Below, piece by piece: positions 26,248-39,463 of a stretch of 56,945 nucleotides of DNA; the stretch's first letter is position 1; the number at the start of each line of letters is the position of its first letter. The translations under genes and the position numbers were made by a program. The stretch is taken from contig JAQGDQ010001185.1 in NCBI GenBank assembly GCA_030141605.1, positions 1-56,945 on the forward strand. The letters are read 5' to 3'. This DNA is from Tubiluchus corallicola. Its lineage: Eukaryota; Animalia; Priapulida. The notes beneath the pieces are model-generated. The model saw only the letters and a list, made by a program, of their open reading frames with translations, did not search any database and had not been told where the DNA came from.

Positions 26248-26815
26248 TAATAATCTTTATTTGCCGTTAAAACATTGATAATCACTGATAAAAACTTTAT
26301 AGAGATAATCAATCAGTGTTAGTTAATAAAAACTTACACTGCTGAAGGCAAATGCGTCAGTGCAAATCTAAACTACTGTGCAGTAATGACGAATAAAATC
26401 AAACATATTTACAACTATACACAAAAAAATAAAAAAAAACTATGATTTAATTAATATGGCCGTGGGTATATGAATTCGGAATTAGTGTGTATGTTGTCGT
26501 ACTGGTGTGATGGTATTTCATATCTGGTTAATATTAGTGATTTTAATTTTGTTTTAAATGTAGGGACTTGATTTGTTTAACCTGTAATGGTAGAGAATTC
26601 CAAAGTAAAAGTGCTTGTTTGATTACAGAGTTCGTTCCATAGTGGGTATTTGTCCTAATTTGTTTTAGATTGCTTGTTCTGGAATTAACGATAGGATTTG
26701 GAAAAAAGGTAAATCTGTTATTCTGGAATAGTTTGCTGATGTTGTTAATGTATTTAAATATAAAAAGCAGAGTAAAATATTCTTTGTGTGCTTCAATGAT
26801 TGGGAATTTTAAAGT
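26248..26815 (-). mobile_element. LINE (CR1/L2/Crack-like) 3' end, family C, copy 1
   Basis: Minus strand translates LKQIRTNTHYGTNSVIKQALLLWNSLPLQVKQIKS..FKTKLK. The 3'UTR is close to the copies at 35676 and 55925 and ends in a (TA)n tract. Confidence 0.85.
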
Positions 26816-27692
26816 TTTTCTCAGATTTAGGTTTAGATTTAGATTTAGATCTAGGTTTTAGATAGAGCACATGCCTTTAATTTTAAAAAACGTTTCTGCA
26901 TTTATTTTTTGACTTGTTGTTTTGCGCCACCTTATATAATCCTAAGAATGCCGGTGCTAAAACGGTTCCTTGCAGCAGACCGCAACATCAAAGCCACACG
27001 CAGACTAACCTTGTCATCCTCGTAGAGTCGTTAAATGCAAAAAAGTTCTGAAAAACTTGCCAACTATGCACCATGATGTCATCAACTCTGCAAGAGAAAG
27101 TATATTTCTGCTTCCTGGCATATTTTCACGGGAAGACTATTTCCCTGGGAATATTATTACCCTTCTTTTCGGTGGTAATATTTTTAATGTTAAAGGAACG
27201 CGTGCGATGTTTAACAACTGTTGTGGCTAGCCAGCTACTAGCTGCTGAATATTTTAATCTAGATTTAAGTGCTTGTTAAACCAGCTGAGTAAACCCTCGC
27301 ATGTGAGAATTTAGCTGTGCATGTGAAATTGCGTGTGTGCGTGTGTATGCGTGTACATGCCCATGTGTGTGTAGCCTGCATAATGTGCATATTTAACAAC
27401 GAATATAAAGTATAGTAATAAAGTACGTGTGTAATGTTTGTATGTGTGTATGCAAAGAAACTAAAGCCAAATAAATTTGAGTGTTAATATCAAATACCAT
27501 TTAAAGAAGTGACCGACTTTCTGAAGATATGCGTATGAGTATGTATGTATGTATGTATGTGTGTATGTATGTATGAGTGTGGCGCTGTATGATATGCAAT
27601 AATGATATTTCAAGATGTGGAAAGTAGACTGTTTGCAAACAACTATCGTGGAAAATATTTTATATTATTTTATGCGCTTCTTATGCTTAAAT

Positions 27693-28105
27693 AATCTAAT
27701 ATAATATAATATAATATAATATAATATAATATAATATAATATAATATGATATGATCTGATCTAATCTAATCTAATCTAATCTAATCTAATCTAATCTAAT
27801 CTAATCTAATCTAATCTAATCTAATCTAATCTAATCTAATCTAATCTAATCTAATCTAATCTAATCTAATCTAATCTAATCTAATCTAATCTAATCTAAT
27901 CTAATCTAATCTAATCTAATCTAATCTAATCTAATCTAATCTAATCTAATCTAATCTAATCTAATCTAATCTAATCTAATCTAATCTAATCTAATCTAAT
28001 CTAATCTAATCTAATCTAATCTAATCTAATCTAATCTAATCTAATCTAATCTAATCTAATCTAATCTAATCTAATCTAATCTAATCTAACCTAATCTAAT
28101 CCAAT
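27693..28105. repeat. (ATAAT)n grading into (CTAAT)n pentanucleotide repeat
   Basis: Direct reading. Confidence 0.97.
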
Positions 28106-29208
28106 ATAAAGCCGTTTTCAAAAGGCCTTTGTAGGATCACTTTCGTTGTGAATTAGGTATGCTCAATCAGTTTAGACAGTAATTAACTAACTTACGTTTT
28201 AATTAAAGTAGGATAAAGGAGCATTTTTTGGTTCGCGAGTTACGTCGCCCTATCGACGGGTCTTAATTATCAACGCATCCTTTTCTGGATCCGGCAAGGA
28301 AACTTTTGACAAATTATTAAAGTATTTGAAGTGCACTTGGAACATCTCCAGAGAAAACAACAAATCCTTTGTCTACATTGGCTGAATTCCATCAGGGGTT
28401 ATAATCTGTTTCATGGTACGGTTGAAATCAAATATTAAATGACGATTCGCTTTGATCACCATTGACATCATAGGTCCTAGTACTGCTCTATTAAAGCACG
28501 ATTACTTTTGTCCGTGGATAATGGATTAGTTGCGAAATGGGTGAAAAAGTAATTTGAGTCTTTTGACAATCCTCAATAAGAGGTAGTAAGAAGAAGATAC
28601 GTCGTGCAGTCACAATTTCTTGCTTTTTGATGGTTATTGATTTTTTGGCTATTCGATGATGTGGACTGCATTTTAGTACACGTCCACTGAGAGGAGTGCC
28701 GACGAGTTAATTAGATGTTCCATTTTCGGCAATTTTCGCTTGGAAAACTGCTGGCGCAAAGCCATTGTTCTGACGTCATCCATTATACTCTGTCTATAAC
28801 TTTAATTCAGTAAAAGCTGCTGCTGGCTTTGCGTTATAAGTGAGGACTATGTATGATGTTCGCGTATTTTTGATTATAAGTGTATTTATACGCAAATTTT
28901 TTGCGGGGCCTTTGCTAGTAAGAAGAAGATACGTCATGCAATCACAATTTCTTGATTTTTGGCTATTTTTACCATTCGAAATGCTTTTACGAAACGGAAC
29001 TTCATAAATGCTTAGAAATCGGCAAAATCATTCTGAAAATTTACAACTCTTTTGTAAGTCTTTTTGCACGCATGCTTTATATTGACAGAATGGACGCCAT
29101 TCATTAACAGTGGAAGTCATTTCTTTATATTTTCAATTAACATTACCTTATCTGTCTCTGCAGAAATAATGAATAAGATGGTTCTCTTTTGAGAATTTCC
29201 GTGGTCAT

Positions 29209-29890
29209 TAGGGGAGAGTATCGAACGTTCGAATTTGATTCGAAGCTAAAATTACAGACGCGAATAATTCAGCACTTGAACTACGTACGTTCTTTATAAG
29301 TTCATAAGTTTATTTATTTCCACTCTGCATCTAACAGTTATAATAAAAATACAGATAATTTCACTGAAGTGAATATAAATATAAATGCAATATTATCCAG
29401 AAATTACAAAAGAGATTCTTATGCAGCATATACATGTGCAAATTACATTACAGAATAATTTTGATCCATACAGTTTGAGCCTAAAAGCATAGCTTACCAG
29501 GCCAAACTGTACGTGGAAATCTTAAAGAAGTGATTAATAATTGAAATAATGATAATATATACATAAAAGTGTGGGGGGGGAGTAGTGAATGAAAGATGAA
29601 ATGGAGCGAGAACTAAGAAAAACTGTGATCATGATTATAAAGTGTTCAGAAACGTGTTGAACACGTTTCTTTACCATCAAAACGTTCATGCAATGAGCAG
29701 AGTTTAGCTGTGATTTTCGTGCATTACATTACATTACATTACATTAGTGTTTTTACTGCAGGAGAAACTCAAGCAATATGCAAGATCTTTATGAGACCGC
29801 GTTTTACTAATGGAAAAAAATATTCGAAAATCTTTAAACCTGAATTCGTATTCGATTCGTATTCGAAAATTTTGAAATTTCGAGCTCGAA
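29209..29890 (-). mobile_element. MITE family D copy 2, interrupted by a different LINE 3' fragment at about 29295-29670
   Basis: Reverse-complement match to 15360-15690 (e.g. AAGCAATATGCAAGATCTTTATGAGACCGC). The insert carries the hairpin ACAGTTTG..AAGC-ATA-GCTT..CAAACTGT. Confidence 0.6.
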
Positions 29891-30096
29891 GTCACAACAG
29901 TAAAAGAAGTGTGAACGCCCCTTAAGTTTCAAAATATTTTTCTTCAGAAACATTCCTCCCTTGCGGACTTTGTCAGCTGAAATCAACGGTGATATAGCTA
30001 GATCTTGAAATATCTAGCTACTAGAATTTGACCAAGAGGGTGTTCTGACTATTTTTTCCGCAGAAATCAAGAAAGTTATCAGTCAAATTTGGACGT

Positions 30097-30224
30097 CCAT
30101 GAGTCCATGAAGCCATGAGTCCATGAAGCCATGAAGCCATTGAGTCCATGAGTCCATGAGTCCATGAAGCCATGAGTCCATGAAGCCATGAAGCCATGAG
30201 TCCATGAGTCCATGAGTCCATGAA
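30097..30224. repeat. 8-bp tandem repeat (TCCATGAG/GCCATGAA)
   Basis: Direct reading. Confidence 0.92.
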
Positions 30225-30505
30225 GCGTGCTTTTGACAGATGCATACGACAAAGTGCGATAGAAAAGGCACACGCTTTGCATAATCAATTTACACAATTG
30301 TTTTGTGTATTTAAATGTATATGATCACCATACGATCACCATACGATCACCATACTATCTATTGAATGTTTATGCTGAATATTTAATTCTGTCAACGTAC
30401 AATGTATGTGATCAACTCTATAACACATGTAGACTTAAATTAGCCAGCCCCAAGACGATAAACTCTTTACTAGGAAGGGAAGAGTAAAGAGGACCTGTCA
30501 AACTA

Positions 30506-30812
30506 TGTTAAAAGCGTTAGATTATGATAGATAGTTATGCTGATGAATGCTGGCATGAAGCCCAGTTAAGGAGTGGTGTCACGTGATCAAGTGATTCAGA
30601 ACCGAAGCGTACGCGTCGATGCGTCGAAGCTCGGTGCACGATATATAAGCCTTGTGATGCGCCCAGCTCAGGGGATTGAGTCTGGGAGCTGAAGGAGTGG
30701 AGGCTAGATCAGGGGGCTTGGCATTACTATCTGTTATATTTATTGTGTTTGATGTTCAATAAACGTGTAGTTTTATAATCAGACTCTTCATAGTTTTGCC
30801 ATCCCTAAAACA
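30506..30812 (+). mobile_element. Possible solo LTR
   Basis: TGTTA...AAACA boundaries, TATATAA near 30642, AATAAA near 30758 and a GC-richer core. No clear target duplication. Confidence 0.4.
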
Positions 30813-30967
30813 CCAATAAACAGCTTCACACAACCCAAACAACGAATTATTTTACTACAACTTCATTCTGAGAGGTTCTTTAACCAGCGATTTCCGGGTT
30901 TAGCGATAATGCGCCAAACTAGCTTGAAAAAAGTCACCTAGTTTCAACGTAAAACGCAGCTAAAAAT

Positions 30968-31584
30968 CGCCAAAGCCCAGTGTAAACCCAGCCAAATTGG
31001 TGGCAAAAGCCAGCCAAACCCAGCTTAAATTCAGCCAAACCGGTGGCAAAATCCACCAAAGCCGAGTGCAAATCTAACCAAATTGGAACCAAAATCCACC
31101 AAAGCCCAGTGTAAACCCAGCCAAATTGGTGGCAAAAGCCAGCCAAACCCAGCGTAAATTCAACCAAACCGGTGACAAAATCCACCAAAGGCGAGTGCAA
31201 ATCTAACGAAATTGGTGCCAAAAACCACCCAAGCCCAGTGTAAACCCAGCCAAATTGGTGGCAAAAGCCAGCCAAACCCAGCTTAAATTCAGCCAAACCG
31301 GTGGCAAAATCCACCAAAGCCGAGTGCAAATCTAACCAAATTGGAACCAAAATCCACCAAAGCCCAGTGTAAACCCAGCCAAATTGGTGGCAAAAGCCAG
31401 CCAAACCCAGCGTAAATTCAACCAAACCGGTGACAAAATCCACCAAAGGCGAGTGCAAATCTAACGAAATTGGTGCCAAAAACCACCCAAGCCCAGTGTA
31501 AACCCAGCCAAATTGGTGGCAAAAGCCAGCCAAACCCAGCGTAAATTCAGCCAAATTGGTGCCAAAAACCACCCAAACCCAGTG
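30968..31584. repeat. 43-bp-unit minisatellite with 129-bp and 258-bp higher-order structure
   Basis: CCCAGTGTAAACCCAGCC recurs at 30976, 31105 and 31234, with alternating variant trimers. Confidence 0.93.
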
Positions 31585-32116
31585 TCAGACACAAGTAGCA
31601 GACAACCCACGTGTTGGAGCAAAAGTCAGAGAGTGAACAGACCCCATGCGAGGTGTCTGAAACGAAGTAAATGACAGGCGGTCTATTTAGACTACTGCTA
31701 CCAGTTGCCGTGGCACCGTGACCTCAACATCTCGCATCACAAGATGCTGTTTTGTGTCATAACAGTTCTGAACCTACTGCATAAGTTCCAGCTGCTATAC
31801 TGTGTCTGTTTAGTCTTGGGCTTGCGGTTGCACTCAAAGTGTCGGCACCGGGTATTCTGAAAAAACATTCAGTTCATTGGTCATCGCTCGGTAGCCTACT
31901 GGGGAAAAATCCCGGCGATTAGGGCCAAATGGGGATTGTTGAACCTGGGGGTAATATTGCCTTGTTCCTTTTATTCTCCGTTACTCTCTGATTGCAGTTT
32001 GGGCAGTCAAACCCTCCCCCAGAACATTTAATTTTTCGTTGTTTGTTACCATTTGTTAGAAAAGATATAAGAGTAAATCTCGAATGCAGCTTAGAAAATA
32101 ATGACATTCGAAACAT

Positions 32117-32374
<258 letters not shown>

Positions 32375-33016
32375 ACTAATGTAATTAAAATGTATATAGA
32401 TATTGTAAAAGAACTAACCCAAAATGATCTTATAGTAAATTGAATATACATTGATTATAAATATTGGATATATATATATTTAGAATAAGTAAATCGTAAT
32501 GCAAAATTGTCAGCTTGTTTAGTAAGAAATACATTTAATGTACATAGTGTAAAGACTTATTTAACATTTTTGTACTTTTGTGCCCTGCAAATAGAGGGCT
32601 TATTGTATAATTTTCAATAAAGTTTTTTAATAATTAATAATAATAATACTCGTGACTCGCAAAAGTTTGCCAGCTGACGTAAGAAAGAAAATTAAAGGAA
32701 AACGGTAATGATTTTTCATTAGCTGTTCGATTTTGAAGTGAGGTAAAAGTATAAATTTTAAGACCTATAATAATGTTGAAGAATTTCAGGTGATTAAATA
32801 ACTTTTTTAACACTTAATTAACGACGGCTGAGCCCAACTAGTGATGATATTAGTGTTCAATATCACAAACGAACATAATTTTCGACAGCATGAGCATTCC
32901 ATGAGCGTGTTGCACGTGTCTGCGAAAGCGAGAATTAAAGTATAGTGCAGCATTCGGTGTGATACACAAAAACTCGGTTTATTCTAAAATACCGTTGCGC
33001 TAGCACATAAGCCTGT

Positions 33017-33580
33017 CAAACATGTGCACTACAAACATGTGCACTGCAAACATGTGTACTATGTCAATCATGTGCACTACAACATGATGTGCACTGCAAA
33101 CATGTGCACTACAAACATGTGCATTACAAACATGTGCACTATGTCAAACATGTGCACTGCAAGCATGTACACTGCAAACATGTGCAATATGTCAATCATG
33201 TGCACTGCAATCAGTGCACTATGTCAATCATGTACACTGCAAACATGTGCACTATGTCAATCATGTGCACTACAACATGTGCACTGCAAACATGTGCACT
33301 ATGTCAATTATATGCACTACAACATGTGCACTACAAACATGTGCACTATGTCAATCATGTGCAGTACAAACATGTGCACTATGTCAATCATGTGCACTAC
33401 AAACATGTGCACTATGTCAATCATGTGCACTACAAACATGTGCACTATAAACATGTGCACTATGTCAAACATGTGCACTACAAACATGTGCACTATGTCA
33501 AACATGTGCACTACAAACATGTGCACTATGTCAAACATGTGCACTACAAACATGTGCACTATATCAAACATGTGCACTAC
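33017..33580. repeat. 15/18-bp mixed-unit minisatellite built on ACATGTGCACT
   Basis: Units AAACATGTGCACTAC and AATCATGTGCACTATGTC. Confidence 0.93.
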
Positions 33581-35049
33581 ATCATCACTGAATACTAAAA
33601 ACTACTGAACTGAGAGGTACAGCACCTTTTTTGTGCAACACGTTTTCGAGTTGCAGTTGCCCGTTCTTACCAATGAATGGCGAAATGCAAGTAACAGCGA
33701 AGACCTTTCCATGCGATATGATATTTCGTTTCTGCGACAATGTTTTTCTCACTTTAGTTATTCTTGAAGAAATAGTGTGTTCCCTTCCAATATTTTATGG
33801 TTAGGAATAATTCGAGTTATAATTTAAAACGTAGTCCGGTTTTTCTTTAACACTTCCGGGAGAAAAATTTGCCAGAATGTTAACATGGCAAGGCTTGTTT
33901 TACGCTTTCTCATTGCCTTATTGTTACTAGTTTGTACCTGTGAAGGTAAAATTATATACTGACAAATAGGAATTAAGATTAAAATTGAAAATTTGTTCAT
34001 TTCTCCTAGGTTTTTCTTGTGCAGGAAATAATGCTTCCTCGTGTTTGCTAGGACAACTGCAAGTCATCCTTAATGAGCAAGTAGTTTCCTGCATTTTCTA
34101 CGACTGCGGGCACATTGTTGCTTTCTTGTTTATTTAAAAACTGGAACAAGCTCTCAATTTGACCCCAAACATTGTAGATTTCCCCTGCTGTACAAGACAA
34201 AACCTAGAAAAACCCAGAAAAACCTTGTACAGTATGCCGAATACCTATTGAGCTTGTGTTCTTGCCAATGACCATCAGTTTTCGAACTGATAACAAACAA
34301 TGGTAGCCTCTGGAAGGTTCGAGAAGTGGTCGAAATTAAGGACAAGACTCTTCCTAAATGCCCTTGAAGAAAATCGTTTACGTGCTGCCTAGTTGTGTAC
34401 AAAGCATACGTTAGTAATAGCTTGAAAATGTATCGTACGATACTGTACTGTATGAAATTTGTAAATTTAAACTTCTATGATGACAATTACAATTTTAAAA
34501 TTAAGTTGCTAAAAACAAGTTTAGAAAATATTTTTGTAAATTTTTAAAAATAGTCATAGCATTCGTTGCACACTACCTAAGCAAAAGTTTAAACCTTTCA
34601 TATCCGTTGTATCCGAGAATATTTTCTGCCTTTAAAATTAATAAAATTTTAAAACTGACAGTTATTTGATCTGTCAATAGTTATTTTGATTTAAGCCACT
34701 AACAATAGACTAAAAATGATGATAAAATGGCAAACTAGAAAATATACATAGCATAAAAAAACTGCGCAAGGTACAGTACTTTAGAGACGACTTCGTACAG
34801 ATCAACATACCATGCATACTAAATGTCTTAAATACTTTAAAAAATTATCAGCAGTTGCTATTATGTTATCATCAGTAAGACTAATAATATTTTTGGTGAG
34901 CCAGTTGTGCACGCTGGGTTTACCAGGTTTCACCAGGTGGCGCGGATAGTATAAATTAAGAATTTTCTTTTTCAGCTGCTTAAACCTTTTATATATTCCA
35001 TTTCAAAGTCTCATTCCACCTGTTGTAGGCTTTGGGGTATTAAAATTTA

Positions 35050-35530
35050 TCAGAGTATGCCACCCACTTCTATCTACAGCTAACAGCGTAAGTTCTTCTA
35101 CTCCTAAAGATAGATTTGGTTGAAGTTGTTGAACATCTTTATTTATCTTAGCTAGCCAAGTTGTTTTTTGTTTACCAGGTGGTTTTTTTGCAAAGTTTTA
35201 AGGCTTCCGTTAAGACGATTCTTACTGTTGCTTGATTTGGTAATCTTAGAAGATGTCCTAGCCATCTTAATCTTCGGATCTTGACTTTTGAACTCCACGA
35301 AATTTCTTTCGTTCTGGTGTATAAATCCTCGTTTTGACTATGTATGGACATCTTATCTTTAAAGCTTTCCGTAGGAGACTTCTATGAAATGTGTCAATCT
35401 GATATTCTTGAGTAATCGTTAAACCCCAAGTTTCACTGTTGTATATAAATTTGCTGGTAACGTAAGCATTAAATAATCGAAGTCTTATGCTGAGACAATT
35501 TTTTCTAGTTAATATATTCTTGTGCTGAAG
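35050..35530 (-). mobile_element. RTE-clade LINE ORF2 C-terminal fragment, frameshifted
   Basis: Translates LRLFNAYVTSKFIYNSETW..IDTFHRSLLR, then RLRWLGHLLRLP..PPGKQKTTW..LAVDRSGW. Confidence 0.8.
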
Positions 35531-35675
35531 AAAAGCAAGCATTGTTTGTTGCTGTTGTTGTTGCTGCATTGTTGTTGCAGTTGTTGTTGCTGCATTGTTG
35601 TTGCTTTACGATGTCAATGTCATCTTTTACATGGTAGGCAAGCATAATGCTAAGTAATATAACTTTGTATGGATA

Positions 35676-36048
35676 TTCTACTTTGAAATTCTCTGCCATT
35701 ACAGGATAAACAAATCAAGTCCCTATCAGCATTTAAAACAAAATTAAAATCACTAATATTAACCAGATATGAAATACCATCACACCAGTGCGACAACATG
35801 CACACTAATTCAGAATTCATATATCCACGGCCATATTAATTAAATCATAGTTTTTCATTTTTTGTGCATAGTTGTAAATATGTTTGATTTTATTCGTCGT
35901 TACTTTCCATTACTGCACAGTAGTTTAGATTGCACTGATGCATTTGCCTTTAGCAGTGTAAGTTTTTATTAACTAACACTGATTGATCATCTCTGTAAAG
36001 TTTTTATCAGTGATTATCAATGTATTTTAATGGCAATATATATATATA
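35676..36048 (+). mobile_element. LINE 3' end, family C, copy 2, about 90 bp upstream of NDNF exon 2
   Basis: Near-identical reverse complement of 55925-56310; ends in (TA)n. Confidence 0.85.
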
Positions 36049-36141
36049 TTGGGATCTATCATCAAATTCCCTGTTTAATGTGAATGGATCCAATGCCCAC
36101 GTTAATTCTTCATTGAAACGTGTAAATTATACATTTTCCAG

Positions 36142-36296
36142 GTTTTTCTTTCTGTTGGAAGAAGACGACATTCCTGTTTCCATCACGGTAACACCATGTT
36201 TTTCTGCTATCATGTGGAAAGTTGTTTGGACACCACCGTTAACAGATGGCGCTGCTAGGCGCATGAACTACGGTTTGTGGCGGGAAAATGAGCAGG
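36142..36296 (+). CDS. NDNF: NDNF orthologue, coding exon 2
   Basis: Acceptor ttttccAG|G. Encodes (R)FFFLLEEDDIPVSITVTPC..IMWKV, matching NDNF YFFVVEEDNTPLSVTVTPC..LEWKL. Donor CAGG|GTAAGC (phase 1). Confidence 0.88.
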
Positions 36297-36399
36297 GTAA
36301 GCTGTGGCTAAAAATTTCTTGTTATTACTCCCTCTAAAGTGGGCTTTTAAAGGTGGCACTACGTTATCATTAGTTTAAACATAATTATAGGATTGGATC

Positions 36400-36860
36400 A
36401 GACAGTTTGAACAACATGATTTAGGATCCTCACCACAATAGACTTTATACACTATTTATAAAAACATTTGCAGTAAGAACAGACTATAACTACACAAGCT
36501 AACAAGTTTTACTATAAGATTACATTAGACATTAGTAGAAAATGACGGTTAGAAAATATTAATGTACGAATATTTAAGACTGATGCATTTCATATCAGAT
36601 AGAAACTACTGGAAGCGTTTAGTACGTAATATAAAGTCATGTATGCATTGAAATATTTTACAGTTAGCAATACAGTTAAATTCATCTTTTCCGAATAATA
36701 ACAACTTCAACAGATCATTATTTCCTAAGGCAGCTATATTAAGGCTTTCGGTCAGAAGTATTTCATTTAATTTATCAAACACAACAACCCTAGCTAGTTG
36801 ATACAATGGGCAGTGCAACAAAAAGTGTTCAACAGACGCAAATCGAAATCCACAGTTGCG
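36400..36860 (-). mobile_element. LINE ORF2 C-terminal fragment plus 3'UTR
   Basis: Translates ..SVEHFLLHCPLYQLAR..LLFG...IFQCIHDFILRTKRF*. Left boundary approximate. Confidence 0.7.
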
Positions 36861-36999
36861 TTATCATTACTGCCGGTCTTTCTAGATGTGACTAAAGATT
36901 TCGCAGGATTTTTTAGAGAATCTTAACGACTGAAATTCGTCTGCAAATTTTATATTTTTTACTTACTGTCTTTTTGCGTTAGCATAAATGTGTATGAAG

Positions 37000-37403
37000 C
37001 TTGTAAATTTAAACTCCGGTTAGGCGCAGCCATTTTTAACAGTAAGTCGATTGAAACAAGTTTAGTTGCGTAAAATTGCGATAAGATTGCGTAAAGTTGT
37101 GATAACATTGCGTAAAGTTGCGACAACATTGCGTAAAGTTGCGACAACATTGCGTAAAGTTGCGATAACATTGCGTAAAGTTGCGATAACATTGCGTAAA
37201 GTTGCGATAACAATGCGTAAAGTTGCAATAACATTGCGTAAAGTTGCAATAACATTGCGTAAAGTTTGAGAAAGTAATTTGTAGCAAAACTTGTTTAACT
37301 AAGCAATACTTTATGTAGTCAATATACATCAGTAAATTTTTAGTGCTGCTTACTAGGAAGGTAATCCAGTAACATTTCAATATTTAACCAGTTGGCGCCA
37401 GCA
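37000..37403 (+). mobile_element. MITE family B copy with an internal 21-bp array (37066-37266); its 3' part resumes at about 39283-39365
   Basis: Core TAGGCGCAGCCATTTT..GAAACAAGTTTAG, then (AACATTGCGTAAAGTTGCGAT) about 9 times, then family sequence continues. Confidence 0.7.
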
Positions 37404-37469
37404 CTTATATGAACTATGAATTAATTTTCACACATCAGAATGCAATATCAAAGACATTAATAAACTTTA

Positions 37470-39097
37470 AATAAAATGATTTGAGTAGTGCGAGGTGAGT
37501 GTACGACCATACGATCATTAACACACTCACCTTATTTGAACGAAAAAATGATTATAGTTATGCATGCTTCTGTAGATAACTTAATGTAAATAAGGATAAA
37601 GTAAATGATGTAATAATTTGAGTAGTGCGAGGTGAGTGTACGACCATACGGTCATTAACACACTCACCTTACTTAAATGAAAAAATGATTATAGTTATGC
37701 ATGCTTCTGTAGATAACTTAATGTAAATAAGGATGAAGTAAATGATGTAATAATTTGAGTAGTGCGAGGTGAGTGTACGACCATACGGTCATTAACACAC
37801 TCACCTTACTTAAATGAAAAAATGATTATAGTTATGCATGCTTCTGTAGATAACTTAATGTAAATAAGGATAAAGTAAATGATGTAATAATTTGAGTAGT
37901 GCGAGGTGAGTGCACGACCATACGATCATTAACACACTCACCTTACTTAAATGAAAAAATGATTATAGTTATGCATGCTTCTGTAGATAACTTAATGTAA
38001 ATAAGGATGAAGTAAATGATGTAATAATTTGAGTAGTGCGAGGTGAGTGTACGACCATACGGTCATTAACACACTCACCTTACTTAAATGAAAAAATGAT
38101 TATAGTTATGCATGCTTCTGTAGATAACTTAATGTAAATAAGGATAAAGTAAATGATGCAATAATTTGAGTAGTGCGAGGTGAGTGTACGACCATACGGT
38201 CATTAACACACTCACCTTACTTAAATGAAAAAATGATTATAGTTATGCGTGCTTCTGTAGATAACTTAATGTAAATAAGGATGAAGTAAATGATGTAATA
38301 ATTTGAGTAGTGCGAGGTGAGTGTACGACCATACGGTCATTAACACACTCACCTTACTTAAATGAATATAGTTTAGCATGCTTGACAGATAAGTTAATGT
38401 AAATAAGGATAAACTAAATGATGTAATAATTTGAGTAGTGCGAGGTGAGTGTACGACCATACGGTCATTAACACACTCACCTTACTTAAATGAAAAAATG
38501 ATTATAGTTATGCATGCTTCTGTAGATAAGTTAATGTAAATAAGGATGAAGTAAATGATGTAATAATTTGAGTAGCGCGAGGTGAGTGTACGACCATACG
38601 GTCATCAACACACTCACCTTACTTAAATGAATATAGTTTAGCATGCTTGACAGATAAGTTAATGTAAATAAGGATGAAGTAAATGATGTAATAATTTGAG
38701 TAGTGCGAGGTGAGTGTACGACCACACGGTCATCAACACACTCACCTTACTTAAATGAATATAGTTTAGCATGCTTGACAGATAAGTTAATGTAAATAAG
38801 GATGAAGTAAATGATGTAATAATTTGAGTAGTGCGAGGTGAGTGTACGACCATACGATCATTAACACACTCACCTTACTTAAATGAAAAAATGATTATAG
38901 TTATGCATGCTTCTGTAGATAACTTAATGTAAATAAGGATAAAGTAAATGATGTAATAATTTGAGTAGTGCGAGGTGAGTGTACGACCATACGGTCATTA
39001 ACACACTCACCTTATTTAAATGAAAAAATGATTATAGTTATGCATGCTTCTGTAGATAACTTAATGTAAATAAGGATGAAGTAAATGATGTAATAAT
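37470..39097. repeat. 137/128-bp satellite, about 12 copies, each with a nested stem-loop
   Basis: Period 137 (37481 to 37618) with a 128-bp variant. Each unit contains AGGTGAGTGT-AC-GACC-ATAC-GGTC-ATTAAC-ACACTCACCT. Confidence 0.95.
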
Positions 39098-39463
39098 AGC
39101 AATGGTATAAGAGCAATAAACTGAAAGTTGAGAAAGGAAAACATAATATGTAATTATGACTTTGAGTGAGCCTTAAAGAGTGATTTTTTTTAAATAGATA
39201 CGAATGTGAATTATGTGATTATCTATCATTGTCTATAAATTAGCAAGAAATTCCTTTCTCACTTACGCAAATCTTACAAGCCGTAAAGCATAATGCTAGG
39301 TAATATAGCTTAGTGTGGAAAGGTTTGTGGAACATATAGGGAAAATTCCCTTTTCTTCCCGTTTAGTACTGTACTTTGTAAATTAATTTAATAGGCAATT
39401 GAGTTACATTTTTGTGAACTTTAGTCTGAACACTAAGCTGTAGAAGTTCTAAAACGATCATAT

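Noticed and set aside
28583-28960. ~45-bp direct repeats about 330 bp apart as LTRs or att sites
   Set aside because: Too short, with no TG..CA ends or internal coding sequence; probably a local duplication.
37470-39097. Hammerhead ribozyme satellite
   Set aside because: The GACC/GGTC hairpin resembles stem II, but the CUGANGA and GAAA core boxes are not correctly present on either strand.
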